DNA of 41,954 bases from Octopus bimaculoides (taxonomy: Eukaryota). The notes beneath the pieces were generated by a model. The model was not told where the DNA came from, did no database searches, and saw nothing but the letters and a program-made list of their open reading frames with translations. Below are positions 23,101-34,717 of this stretch, piece by piece. The DNA is taken from NCBI RefSeq assembly GCF_001194135.2, contig NC_068981.1:185223674-185265627 (forward strand). Reading direction: 5' to 3'. The position numbers and the translations under genes are program-made. The number at the start of each line of letters is the position of its first letter. Within the stretch, counting starts at the first letter, position 1.

Positions 23101-23279
23101 TATATATATATACATCCGTCGTACATACATACATACATGCATACATACATACACACATACATACGTACACACAAACACACACACATATATATATACATAT
23201 ATATTAGACAAAAAGAGATAACAAAGCCAAGACTGTGAGGAGTTTTCAGGACTTTTATAAGGAAAGAGATATAGATATA

Positions 23280-23327
23280 GTGTTACAACTGTTTCTGGGA
23301 TATTATGGACATCCCTTCATCAGAGAC
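23280..23327 (-). ncRNA. Minimal type I hammerhead-like fold with canonical core
   Basis: GUCU-CUGAUGA-A-GGGAU(GUCCAUAAU)AUCCC-A-GAA-ACAGUUGU-A-ACAC: helix II 5 bp, near-palindromic helix III ending in GUA, helix I 3 of 4 pairs. Confidence 0.65.
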
Positions 23328-23781
23328 GGTGTGAGATGGTTAAATAGAGGTAAAAGTTTGAGTTCGAAATAAGGAAATATTACGGAAAAGGAGGAAATAA
23401 GAGAATGAAAGTAGGTGTGAAATATAAAACATTGTAGTTGTAGTTCCATTATTCGAGTAAAGTTGTAAAGTTGTGTATAGAAGTAAAAAAGTTTCCTGTA
23501 CATGGTAGATAAGTTCCAATGGTAGTTCATGTTCCAATAGTAGTTCATGTTTAGTTATTTCTAAGTATGGAGCCGTGAATTTTATGTTGCAAATGAAAAT
23601 TTGAAGATGTATTGGTAGTATTTGTGGATAGGCGGGGGGAGAGATGTATGTGTATGTGTGTGTGTGTGTGTATATATATATATANNNNNNNNNNNNNNNN
23701 NNNNNNNNNNNNNNNNNNNNNNNNNNNNNNNNNNNNNNNNNNNNNNNNNNNNNNNNNNNNNNNNNNNNNNNNNNNNNNNNN

Positions 23782-23843
<62 letters not shown>

Positions 23844-24349
23844 AGTCAATAAAACATATATCAGAAGAGAAGCACAATCTAAAGAATAGAGCAGTAATTA
23901 TTACAATAAAAATACAAATTTGGGACATAGAGTTACCATAGGTTTCGTATCCATAAAACCAAAGCCTTGTGGAGAGCTCGTGAGATTCTATACAAAGACA
24001 AAATGTTCCTACTGGAAAATAGTTAGGCTTTTTCGGGCCTATAAGGGTTGTTTTATCCTCTGGTTCGGGGGAGAAACCCCGTCCTCATTAACGTTTTTAT
24101 ACGTTAAGATTTAAATCTCGATTTCTGAGCGTTTCCTCTCGTCCGCAACGTAGAAATTTTAAATTATTTGTCTTCGTATAGAGTCTGACGAGCTGTATAC
24201 AAGGTTTTTGATTGGAGATACGAAACATTTGGTAACTCTATATCCAAAATTAAAATTTTTGTTGTAAAATTATATATTCATATATACACACTCATATATA
24301 AGTGTGTGTGTGTTTGTGTGTGTGCGTGCATGCATGTATGTGCATTTCT

Positions 24350-24555
24350 GTGTGTTTGTTTGTCCCCGCCATCACTTTAGAACCGATGTTGGTGAGTCTA
24401 CGTTCGAGTAACATAACATTTCGGCAAAAGACACCGCTACAATAAGTATCATGCTTATGAAAAGAAATTATTGAGGTCGATTCACTCGACTATAATTCTT
24501 CAAGGCTGTGCTCCAGCATGACCGGAGGAGTGTAATGTTTGAAATTAGTAAAAAG
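24350..24555 (+). mobile_element. SINE family B 3' half, diverged
   Basis: tttgtccccgccatc...ccgatgttggtg...ttcggcaaaagacaccg...gaggtcgattcactcgact...ggctgtgctccagcatgacc. Confidence 0.8.
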
Positions 24556-24931
24556 TAACAGATGAATAATAATCTTATTGTTGGCTGACATCGCAAATGC
24601 ACGGTAACTCAGGGGAAGTGTTTCCTGGTGTATTATATGCCGACCAAAGCCTTTCAGCTGCAAATTTGCTTGACAGATATTGTTGGATTTTTACAGCTAT
24701 TCGCGTTTTAATACCACCATGCAATGCAAGCATTCTGACAATCTCTGAACTGAAGAAACCTGCCTTCCGTCCTTTCTTTCTCCCTCCTTGCAGTTTCGGT
24801 GACTTCTTTTTCTCACTAAGCTATAAAGAAAGCTTAATAAAAGTTTTCGAATTCAAGAATTTTCGATGTTTGTTCTCATATTATATGCCACTTAAGCCAG
24901 ATGACAGTCTTTCATTTTGTTTCTTTCGCAG

Positions 24932-24958
24932 CTGTACCTGAAGAGCCATTCAAGGCAG
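24932..24958 (+). CDS. Candidate 27-nt microexon of an unidentified host gene
   Basis: tctttcattttgtttctttcgcag|CTGTACCTGAAGAGCCATTCAAGGCAG|gtaatg. Frame-preserving, reading (A)VPEEPFKA or LYLKSHSRQ. There is no homology support. Confidence 0.3.
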
Positions 24959-25017
24959 GTAATGGGTTCCGACCGTTAATCTTCGTGATTCGTTTAGCAA
25001 CAACTTTATTACCATTG

Positions 25018-25232
25018 GTTTCAAATTTTAGCGCAAAGCCAGTAATACTTGGTGAGGTGGGGGTTAGTTATTTAAATTGACCCCAGTGTTTAACTGGTAC
25101 TTATTTTATTGATCCGATTGGATGAAAGGCTAAATGGGCCTCGGCTGAAATTGAATTCAGAACTTAAAAGCCGACTAAATGTCACTAGGCATTTTACCCA
25201 GTGTGCTTACGTTTCTGCCAACACGACGACTT
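25018..25232 (-). mobile_element. SINE family A, older copy
   Basis: ttgaccccagtgtttaactggtacttattttattgatccgattggatgaaaggc...gtgtgcttacgtttctgcca. Confidence 0.85.
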
Positions 25233-25328
25233 ACAACTTAATTAATATTGAATATCATGGTAGAAGAAAGCAACATGGATAGAAATATGAAGCAATAATG
25301 TTCCAATTAAAATGGCTGCGAGACTATT

Positions 25329-25540
25329 CTTTTCTCCTTTAGCACAAGGCCCGAAATTTTGAGGAAGAGGCCAGTAGTTTAGATCGACCCCAGTACGCAA
25401 CTGGTGCTTAATTTATCGATCCCGAAAGGATGAAAGGCAAAGTAGACCTCGGCAGAATTTGAACTCAGATCGTAAAGACAGACCAAATACCGCTAAGCAT
25501 TTCGCCTGGCGTGCTAACGTTTTTGCTAGCTCGCCGTCTT
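25329..25540 (-). mobile_element. SINE family A, younger full-length copy
   Basis: Close to the 1634-1847 and 27011-27229 copies throughout. Confidence 0.93.
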
Positions 25541-26809
25541 ACAACTTAATTAATATTGACGAATATCATTGTAGAAGTAAGCCATATGGATAGAAATATG
25601 CAGCAATAATGTTCCAATTAAAATGGCTGCGAGACTATTAATAATCTTTGTCTACATTCACTGCATGATAATTTTAAAATATGGCAGATTGTAGATTTGA
25701 AAATGTAAAACAAATTTATATTCAGTATAGATGATCGCTGAAGTAATCTAAATGATTTTTTATCTTCCCTATTGTATAGTTGTTTCTTGTTACTATGTTT
25801 AAAGCTGCCTTAATTATTTATATTAAAACTAACGCAAAATACTTTATGCGCCTATCCATGGAAAAGTATTTCAAATTTGTCATCTTTGTTGCTTGTCTAC
25901 GTAAGCCATGATGAAGCAGACATCTGATGAAAGACACTTCACTCGCTTCCATCCTGTCTTTTCTCCATAGTTTATTTAGGAATCTCTTCACTTTCATTTT
26001 TAATACAGAAAGTTGTGATTTCATGAAGATTTGAGGGCTATTTCTATCTGACTCAACAACCATGTTATGTATTCCTCGAAGGCTTGCGACGAAATTCGTT
26101 TTGTTGCCAAGTAGGCTGTGTATGTTTCTTCTCAACTACGAACGAGCTTCTCCTTATCACATGACTACTCTATGCCCGTGAATAGTTTTATCGGTGTACC
26201 AAATCCCCCAGAGAATATAAAACTCCAAAGAACTGTGCATTTCATTGAAGGAGAAGTAGAAGGGGAAAAACGTATGTAAACGTAAACGCAGGGAAACATA
26301 TTTTGATACTAACGAGATTCTAGGTGGTTGTTTAACATACTGAAAAGAGGGGCTAATTATGCCAAGAGGTACGGAGTCACTGGATAATGTAATTCATTAT
26401 AAAATATGACCAATATGTCCAATTAACATAGGGTTAGTCATAGCTGGGAAGATCGTTTCATAAGTCTTCTAAATCGGTTTTGGATTATGAAGCATCCAAG
26501 ATGGCGGTGTGCTACGTACAGCCAATAAGCGTATGGAAATCGCATGATGTCATTTATTTGTCCGTATGTTATTTATATTTGAAAATTCTGTTTATTAGGT
26601 GTGTATAAACGAGAACTCAAATATAATGTTACAATGCAGTGGGCATCACTGAAGGGTGACCAGTTTCGATGGATTCAGTCCATAAACTGATTAGTTTTCT
26701 TTTACTTTTCCATCTGTCAGAAATATTCTTCTGGAAAAGACCAGTCTCAATCTGTAAACATTACTCACACACACACACACAGACACACACACACAGACAC
26801 ACACACACA

Positions 26810-26866
<57 letters not shown>

Positions 26867-27010
26867 AAATAGGCGGTCACAAGCGCACAGAGACACACAG
26901 AAGCTCATATATATATATANNNNNNNNNNNNNNNATACATACTGTGAAGGACATGAAAGGTAAAAGTTTTGGGCCTTGTCCCTGGAATAGAAAAGAATAT
27001 ACAGCTTATC

Positions 27011-27229
27011 AAGTCGGCGATCCAGCAGAAACGTTAGCACGCCGGGTGAAATGCTTGGCAGTATTTCGTCTGTCTTTACGTCCTGAGTTCAAATTCCACC
27101 GAGGTCGACTTCGCTTTCATTTTTTTGAGGTCGATAAATTAAGTACCAGTTGCGTACTGGAGTCGATCTAATGCACTGGGTCCCTCCTCCAAAATTATGG
27201 GCCTTGTGCCTAGAGTAGAAAAGAATATT
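27011..27229 (+). mobile_element. SINE family A, full length, preceded by a second tail fragment at 26961-27000
   Basis: cagcagaaacgttagcacgccggg...gagttcaaattccaccgaggtcgac...gggccttgtgcctagagtagaaaagaatatt. Confidence 0.93.
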
Positions 27230-27888
27230 TTGTGACTTAGTAAGAAATCCTCATCACCGAACACTTCGTATTCCTACCAAGCTTTCTTCTTACTAATTAA
27301 TATTATTCAGTCCCAATGCGTCTTTTACAATTCTCTGTGTATTTCTCCTTAGATGGGATAGAATCCAACTGACCGTTCCATTAACATGTTATCTAATGAT
27401 AGTATATCGATAAATCGATATATTTATCTCTCGCAAGTGTGATAAATAGAGGCAGTTGCACGAATTTTCTGTTATCAGCGGTTACCGTTCAATAGCTCCG
27501 AATGTCTATTTATTTCAACAAAAGAAAAAAAAAATCAACTGCTTATTTCTAGTCGTAAATGATGTGAGACGGTTCCAACTGGGTTACAGAATCGCTCAAC
27601 GAGAAATTACCAGCACGCCGTGGTAATCACCGCCTTATCGTGGAATTAGAGAAAAAGATAAGTAAATAAATATATAAAAATAAAAATTAAAAAGCTGGAT
27701 ACTGCTTACAATTTGATATTCTGCAATATGATAATCTGCCAATACTATGCAATATCGCCAGAAGTTGCAAAACTCACGAAGCAAATAAGGCTTGCGAGGA
27801 AAATTCTTGCAAATAGGCCAAGGTATTCATCATGTTTTTGGCACCTGGTTGTAAGTATTTGGCTCATTCTTCGGACAACATACATATA

Positions 27889-27928
<40 letters not shown>

Positions 27929-28023
27929 ATTGATATATAAATATAGATATAACAATTGGTTATTTGTACCGCAAAGTTTTAGAGAAACCGTATAAGTGCA
28001 TAATACATGTATACATTTAAGTT

Positions 28024-28069
<46 letters not shown>

Positions 28070-28154
28070 TCAAAATATACAAAGTATACAAATAATATAT
28101 TATACACACAATCATACATGCACACACGTCCCACACGTTTCCGTCAAAAGATTG

Positions 28155-28235
28155 CTGCCATGTTGGAAGAACTGCCTTCAAGAGTTTAATGAGATCGACC
28201 CCAAGACATATATTTCAAGCTCTGATACTGTTTCC
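28155..28235 (-). mobile_element. SINE family B tail remnant
   Basis: gctgccatgttggaagaactgcctt...gatcgaccccaagac resembles gcggccatgctggagcaccgcctt...atcgaccccaggac. Confidence 0.55.
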
Positions 28236-28418
28236 ATCGGTCAGTATTCAGTTTCCATGTCATTATTCAGTTTATTTCAAGATTTCGAGCCAATAGAGAA
28301 AGAACCGGTTTCCAACCTAGATCCAAGGATCGTACATTGGAATTTCAACATCAACAACAAGGTATTTTTGTATGTATGTATGTATGTATGTATGTATGTA
28401 TGTATGTATGTATGTATG

Positions 28419-28453
<35 letters not shown>

Positions 28454-29113
28454 NNNNNNNNNNNNNNNNNNNNNNNNNNNNNNNNNNNNNNNNNNNNNNN
28501 NNNNNNNNNNNNNNNNNNNNNNNNNNNNNNNNNNNNNNNNNNNNNNNNNNNNNNNNNNNNNNNNNNNNNNNNNNNNNNNNNNNNNNNNNNNNNNNNNNNN
28601 NNNNNNNNNNNNNNNNNNNNNNNNNNNNNNNNNNNNNNNNNNNNNNNNNNNNNNNNNNNNNNNNNNNNNNNNNNNNNNNNNNNNNNNNNNNNNNNNNNNN
28701 NNNNNNNNNNNNNNNNNNNNNNNNNNNNNNNNNNNNNNNNNNNNNNNNNNNNNNNNNNNNNNNNNNNNNNNNNNNNNNNNNNNNNNNNNNNNNNNNNNNN
28801 NNNNNNNNNNNNNNNNNNNNNNNNNNNNNNNNNNNNNNNNNNNNNNNNNNNNNNNNNNNNNNNNNNNNNNNNNNNNNNNNNNNNNNNNNNNNNNNNNNNN
28901 NNNNNNNNNNNNNNNNNNNNNNNNNNNNNNNNNNNNNNNNNNNNNNNNNNNNNNNNNNNNNNNNNNNNNNNNNNNNNNNNNNNNNNNNNNNNNNNNNNNN
29001 NNNNNNNNNNNNNNNNNNNNNNNNNNNNNNNNNNNNNNNNNNNNNNNNNNNNNNNNNNNNNNNNNNNNNNNNNNNNNNNNNNNNNNNNNNNNNNNNNNNN
29101 NNNNNNNNNNNNN

Positions 29114-29167
<54 letters not shown>

Positions 29168-29819
29168 GCCCACACAAGCGGTTAGTGATCGTGGAAAATA
29201 ATACTACAAAACAAATTAAGATCTGTGAGCAAATTAATACTATGAGTTTAGCACGAGTTTTATCACATTGAAAAGTAAGACTAGAACAAGAAGAAGAAAC
29301 ATTTGTATACGTTCAGCTATAATGAATTATATATAGAACAGAATAAATTTAATATCATATGAAGAAGAGTCTATGTCTCGTTCCTACATATCACTGTTAT
29401 AGTTTTGGAGCGATTTTTATTTATGTAGAATATTAAAATTTATTTTCCATATTTCTCCTTTTTAATTTAGAAAAATAAAAAAAGCAAGAAGAAAATAAGA
29501 AACAAAAACGAACGAATAGATAGCTTTCGCAATCATATTTCTAGCAGCCAATTCTAATCAATTTTATTATTTTGGCAGTTCAGAGTATTGGAAATTCTCA
29601 CTTATTGATTCTTATTTCGACCATGCAATATCCTTATCTACAGCTAAATACCCGATTAATTTGAATCAAACGCACATACACAAACACACTGTGATATGCA
29701 TGTAGGTATTCATTTGCATATGTATGTATTTATGTATGTATGCAAGCATGTATATATATATATGCATGTATGTATGTATATATAAGTATAAATATGTATG
29801 GAGGAATGGATGTATGTAT

Positions 29820-29854
<35 letters not shown>

Positions 29855-30138
29855 TATACATAACTGCCACTAAATGTAACTAGGTTGTTAGAACACCTAC
29901 ATTGTTAGAAATAAGAGCTGAAAAGTTCTAATGCTGTAGTTAAAGGTTACAATTTTATACATATATAATGATTACATATGTATAATGAGAATTGTATAGG
30001 TATTTTATTACATAATAGTATATGTACATATATATACATATACTATTATATAATGAAATACGTATATATGTATATATATATTGTATCTATGTATCTATAT
30101 ATATATATATATATGCATACACGTATACATACATACAT

Positions 30139-30201
<63 letters not shown>

Positions 30202-30553
30202 CACATATATACACGTATACATTTACACACATACACACACACACATATATATAGATATATATGTATGTATGTATGTAAGTATGTATGTATGCATATATGT
30301 ATATATATATGTATGTATGTAGTATATATGTATATATATANNNNNNNNNNNNNNNNNNNNNNNNNNNNNNNNNNNNNNNNNNNNNNNNNNNNNNNNNNNN
30401 NNNNNNNNNNNNNNNNNNNNNNNNNNNNNNNNNNNNNNNNNNNNNNNNNNNNNNNNNNNNNNNNNNNNNNNNNNNNNNNNNNNNNNNNNNNNNNNNNNNN
30501 NNNNNNNNNNNNNNNNNNNNNNNNNNNNNNNNNNNNNNNNNNNNNNNNNNNNN

Positions 30554-30591
<38 letters not shown>

Positions 30592-30657
30592 GAGAGAACG
30601 AACGAACGAACGAAAGAAAGAAAGAAAGAAAGAAAGTAAGAGTCAGAGAGAGGAATA

Positions 30658-30942
30658 TGTATGGCAAAGTGGTTAGAGCGTCAAGTTTAGAATCGTGAGG
30701 TTGTGAGTTCCATTGCTGGACCGGACTGTAGATTTCATGCGACATTTTATATCACGTTGCTCCAGTTCACTTACCTCTTTTCTCAAGCTGTATCGGCCTT
30801 GGACAGCTTCTCCCTTGGACAGCTTTTGTTTGCATGAGCGACTGTTGGTCTCCCACAAATAATCTTTCCTGTACTTTTGCCTCGGAAGGGTACTGTCTAG
30901 GTGCACTCCCGTGATCACTCATGACCGTAGGTGGTCTCTACT
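30658..30942 (+). mobile_element. tRNA-derived SINE, family C, diverged
   Basis: Box A TGGCAAAGTGG at 30662-30672 and box B-like GAGTTCCATT at 30705-30714, in a tRNA-like head (ggttagagcg...gtgaggttgtgagttc). The body is unlike families A and B. The 3' boundary is uncertain. Confidence 0.65.
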
Positions 30943-31501
30943 TTATCCATATACACCCACATATATATATATTTGTACGTATCACATTCTGTCCTTCATG
31001 TTCACTCACTTTTACACCAACAACCATTGCTATTTGGTGCCAACAAATTATAATATCGAAACTGATGTTTTTTGATTCATAACTGATGAGGGATGACCGT
31101 GTTCACGTCCTTCGTGTGTTTTCCCTTTTTTGTGTATGTTCCTTCGTTGTTCACCTGAGCAACATTTTACTACATACATATATACATACATGCATATACA
31201 TATACACACATACATGCATATATATCTCTATATATAGATACACATACCTATATATANNNNNNNNNNNNNNNNNNNNNNNNNNNNNNNNNNNNNNNNNNNN
31301 NNNNNNNNNNNNNNNNNNNNNNNNNNNNNNNNNNNNNNNNNNNNNNNNNNNNNNNNNNNNNNNNNNNNNNNNNNNNNNNNNNNNNNNNNNNNNNNNNNNN
31401 NNNNNNNNNNNNNNNNNNNNNNNNNNNNNNNNNNNNNNNNNNNNNNNNNNNNNNNNNNNNNNNNNNNNNNNNNNNNNNNNNNNNNNNNNNNNNNNNNNNN
31501 N

Positions 31502-31549
<48 letters not shown>

Positions 31550-32440
31550 GTATATATGAATGAATATATCTATTTATATATGCATGCATGAAAATTCTTG
31601 CACTAAATTTTATCTGCCTTATTCAATTCTATATATGTATATATTTTTATTTAATAAGCGCTCGACACAGTACCATATGATTTAAATTTTTGTAAACGCA
31701 AGGGGTACATTCATCCAATCAGATGTTTCTAAGCAGAGTGCATGTTTTCTCGTAATTCATGTTTTCTATGTATATCTATTCCGATCTATATTATATTGAA
31801 ACTGATGTCATGTATCAATGTTTAGCAAAATCGTAAAGAAAATCTAGGCTAATGTCACTGGTTATTTAAAATTTATGTCTTTTTCCTTCCTACCACTCAA
31901 CTTTTATGATATTAACTTTTCCTTACACAAATCCATTTTCCATCATAGCAAATATATTTATCAGTTTGTGACCACTTGCTTGTTACAGTTATTGCATCTG
32001 GCCATGCTAGAGCACTGCCTTGTAAAATTGTAGTAAAACATATTACCTATTGCTGATGTTGTTGATATGCTGTTATGGAAAAAGACAGGCTTATTACCTG
32101 GAAAAGAGAGGATAATCATGGAATCTTATTCCTGTCGTAATAACCGTCATCAGCACGACCGTTTAACGAGCAAGTCTCCAGTAGCCAAGGGGCTTAGACT
32201 TATACAAAAAACGATTGAGTACATTTAGGGGCGTAGTAACTGAGAGTAGTCTGTGGATGTGTATCCGAGCGAATGTCAAAAATGTATGAATCTACATACT
32301 TATCCATATTACAGATGTAAAGATACATGAATACAAGTAGCTAAAACTCATACGTATATGGCTTTCTGTGTTGCAGTGGTGTGTACGTCCTTGTCTATAC
32401 ATGCACTAGTGCACTATTCTTAAGTATCTGAGCAATCCTG

Positions 32441-32489
<49 letters not shown>

Positions 32490-32630
32490 NNNNNNNNNNN
32501 NNNNNNNNNNNNNNNNNNNNNNNNNNNNNNNNNNNNNNNNNNNNNNNNNNNNNNNNNNNNNNNNNNNNNNNNNNNNNNNNNNNNNNNNNNNNNNNNNNNN
32601 NNNNNNNNNNNNNNNNNNNNNNNNNNNNNN

Positions 32631-32688
<58 letters not shown>

Positions 32689-32727
32689 GAAGAAATAGGA
32701 AGAAAGTGAGAAAAGACAAGAGGGAGA

Positions 32728-32936
32728 AAATTAGGAAATGTAAAAGCGATAAAGAAATGTGTCAAATTACGCTATGTTATATCAGCGGAAATCTATATAA
32801 GTGCGCGTGAGTGTATGTTCGAGGTCGTCTGTGTGTTGCCGTATCTGTGTATACATGTGTGTGTGTTGCTGTATGTGGATATTTACATATATAAATTTAC
32901 ATATATAAATTTTTGCATAAACAATTTTTGAACAAT
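32728..32936 (+). repeat. Roughly 210-bp segment duplicated at 35349-35551
   Basis: Shared AATGTGTCAAA(T/G)TACGCTATGTTATATC...GAAATCTATATAAGTGCG...TATTTACATATATAAATTTACATA...AAATTTTTGC..AAACAATT. Confidence 0.88.
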
Positions 32937-33662
32937 ATAAACATACACACACATATATATAAAATTATTTATTGATTAAATCTAAAAATGCAAATATGAG
33001 CATTAAAACTTTTGAATGGTGAATAGTTTTTGACATTTTGATTAGAATTTTATGTCAAAACTGGCAGCTGCTTACCATTCAAGTTCCGTCTGGTTACATA
33101 TATTTATCTAGCTCTTCGTTGCTCCATCTTCATCAGTAACCAATAATATTATATTCATAATTAATTTTTGCTATGCGTAAATGCTAATATTAAACTTGTA
33201 ATAAAAATAATGTAGGTTTAGATTTGTCTTCACTTATTTATTTATCTATTTATATACATATATATTCTTTTACAATTACTTTGTAATCGAAGTGTAACTG
33301 TGTGAAAATTTGTTTCAAAAGCATTTCTCAGTCACAGCAACCAATGTAAAGATGCGCCATTTTGTTTTTATTTAGTCTTCAATTCATTTTGGTCGATTAC
33401 AATCGTGGCGCCTTTTTGACGACATCAAATCAAATTTGATCAACAACAGCAGCAGAATTATTTTTGACACTGTTTCTACATTGGAAATCTGATAGGATGC
33501 TTAAACTCTTGCGAAAGCGATATAAACACAAGTTATGAAAACAAGAAAAGAAAAAAAAAAAGCGCAAACAATAAAATAAAAATAAAACAACAACAACAAC
33601 AAATTAAATCGAAAAAGAATAAAAAAAAACGATTGAAATAAATTTATCCTTTGTCTTTTCGT

Positions 33663-34249
33663 TTACTTGTTTCAATCATCAGACTGCGGTCATGCTGGTG
33701 CAACGCCTTGAAGGGTTTTACGCGAACAAAGCGATCAAAAATATTCTTTTCTTTTTTCATAATGCTGATACGTATTCTATCGTTCTCTTTCACCGAATCA
33801 TTATCTTAGAGAGACGTAAACAAACCAACAACTGTCGTCAAAGAGGAAGTGTGGCAAACACATACACAAATATACACACATATAGACACTCACACTTACA
33901 CACACACACACACACCTGCACACGCCCACACCCACGCACACATATAGACACTCACACTTACACACAGACACATACATACGCACACACACAAAAACACACA
34001 CATATAGACACTCACAACTACACAGACACACAGACACACGTACACACACACACACAGACACGCACACACACACGCGCGCACACACAAAGACACACGCATA
34101 TAGACAATCACACTTACACACACACGCGCACACACGCACGAAGACACACATATAGACACTCACAATTACACGGACACACAGACACACGCACACACACAGA
34201 CGCAGACACACACAGACACAGACAGACACACATTCACACACACACACAA

Positions 34250-34280
<31 letters not shown>

Positions 34281-34540
34281 GCAAACATACACACAAACAC
34301 GCACACACCCACGCACGCACACACACANNNNNNNNNNNNNNNNNNNNNNNNNNNNNNNNNNNNNNNNNNNNNNNNNNNNNNNNNNNNNNNNNNNNNNNNN
34401 NNNNNNNNNNNNNNNNNNNNNNNNNNNNNNNNNNNNNNNNNNNNNNNNNNNNNNNNNNNNNNNNNNNNNNCAGACGCACGCACACACACAGACGCAGACA
34501 CACAGACGCAGACACACAGAGACACAGACAGACACACACA

Positions 34541-34581
<41 letters not shown>

Positions 34582-34717
34582 GACCAGCTTCCGAACAGCT
34601 TCCATCTCTGAAGTTCAGTCACGGAGCCATTGTAGATGGTGTCGCGCCACGGCAGCGATACCCATGAACCACGTCGTTGCAAAATGAGCTTCATAACAGC
34701 GCAGACACGCCTGCAGC
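33663..34717 (-). mobile_element. SINE family B, old copy with a greatly expanded internal CA minisatellite
   Basis: 3' half at 33663-33862, CA-rich array at 33863-34578 (includes a gap), and diverged head at 34579-34717 ending gcagacacgcctgc. Confidence 0.72.

Noticed and set aside
24939-24962. CTGAAGA-GCC(ATTCAA)GGC, resembling a hammerhead core and helix II
   Set aside because: It is followed by AGGT, not GAAA, and has no helix III.
25818-26135. 105-aa minus-strand ORF with MEASEVSFIRCL, faintly like an RTE C-terminal motif
   Set aside because: It is a single short motif with no flanking RT similarity.
30658-30725. tRNA-like sequence
   Set aside because: No complete cloverleaf or acceptor stem. 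It is interpreted as a SINE head, as are the heads of families A and B.
31055-31125. CGAAAC...CTGATGAG motif pair
   Set aside because: No consistent helix II, helix III or NUH site in any permutation. At most it is a heavily decayed remnant.
32047-32097. Minus-strand 51-nt splice-bounded segment, (G)NKPVFFHNSISTTSAI
   Set aside because: It is on the opposite strand to the other candidates and has no homology. It shows how easily such patterns arise by chance.
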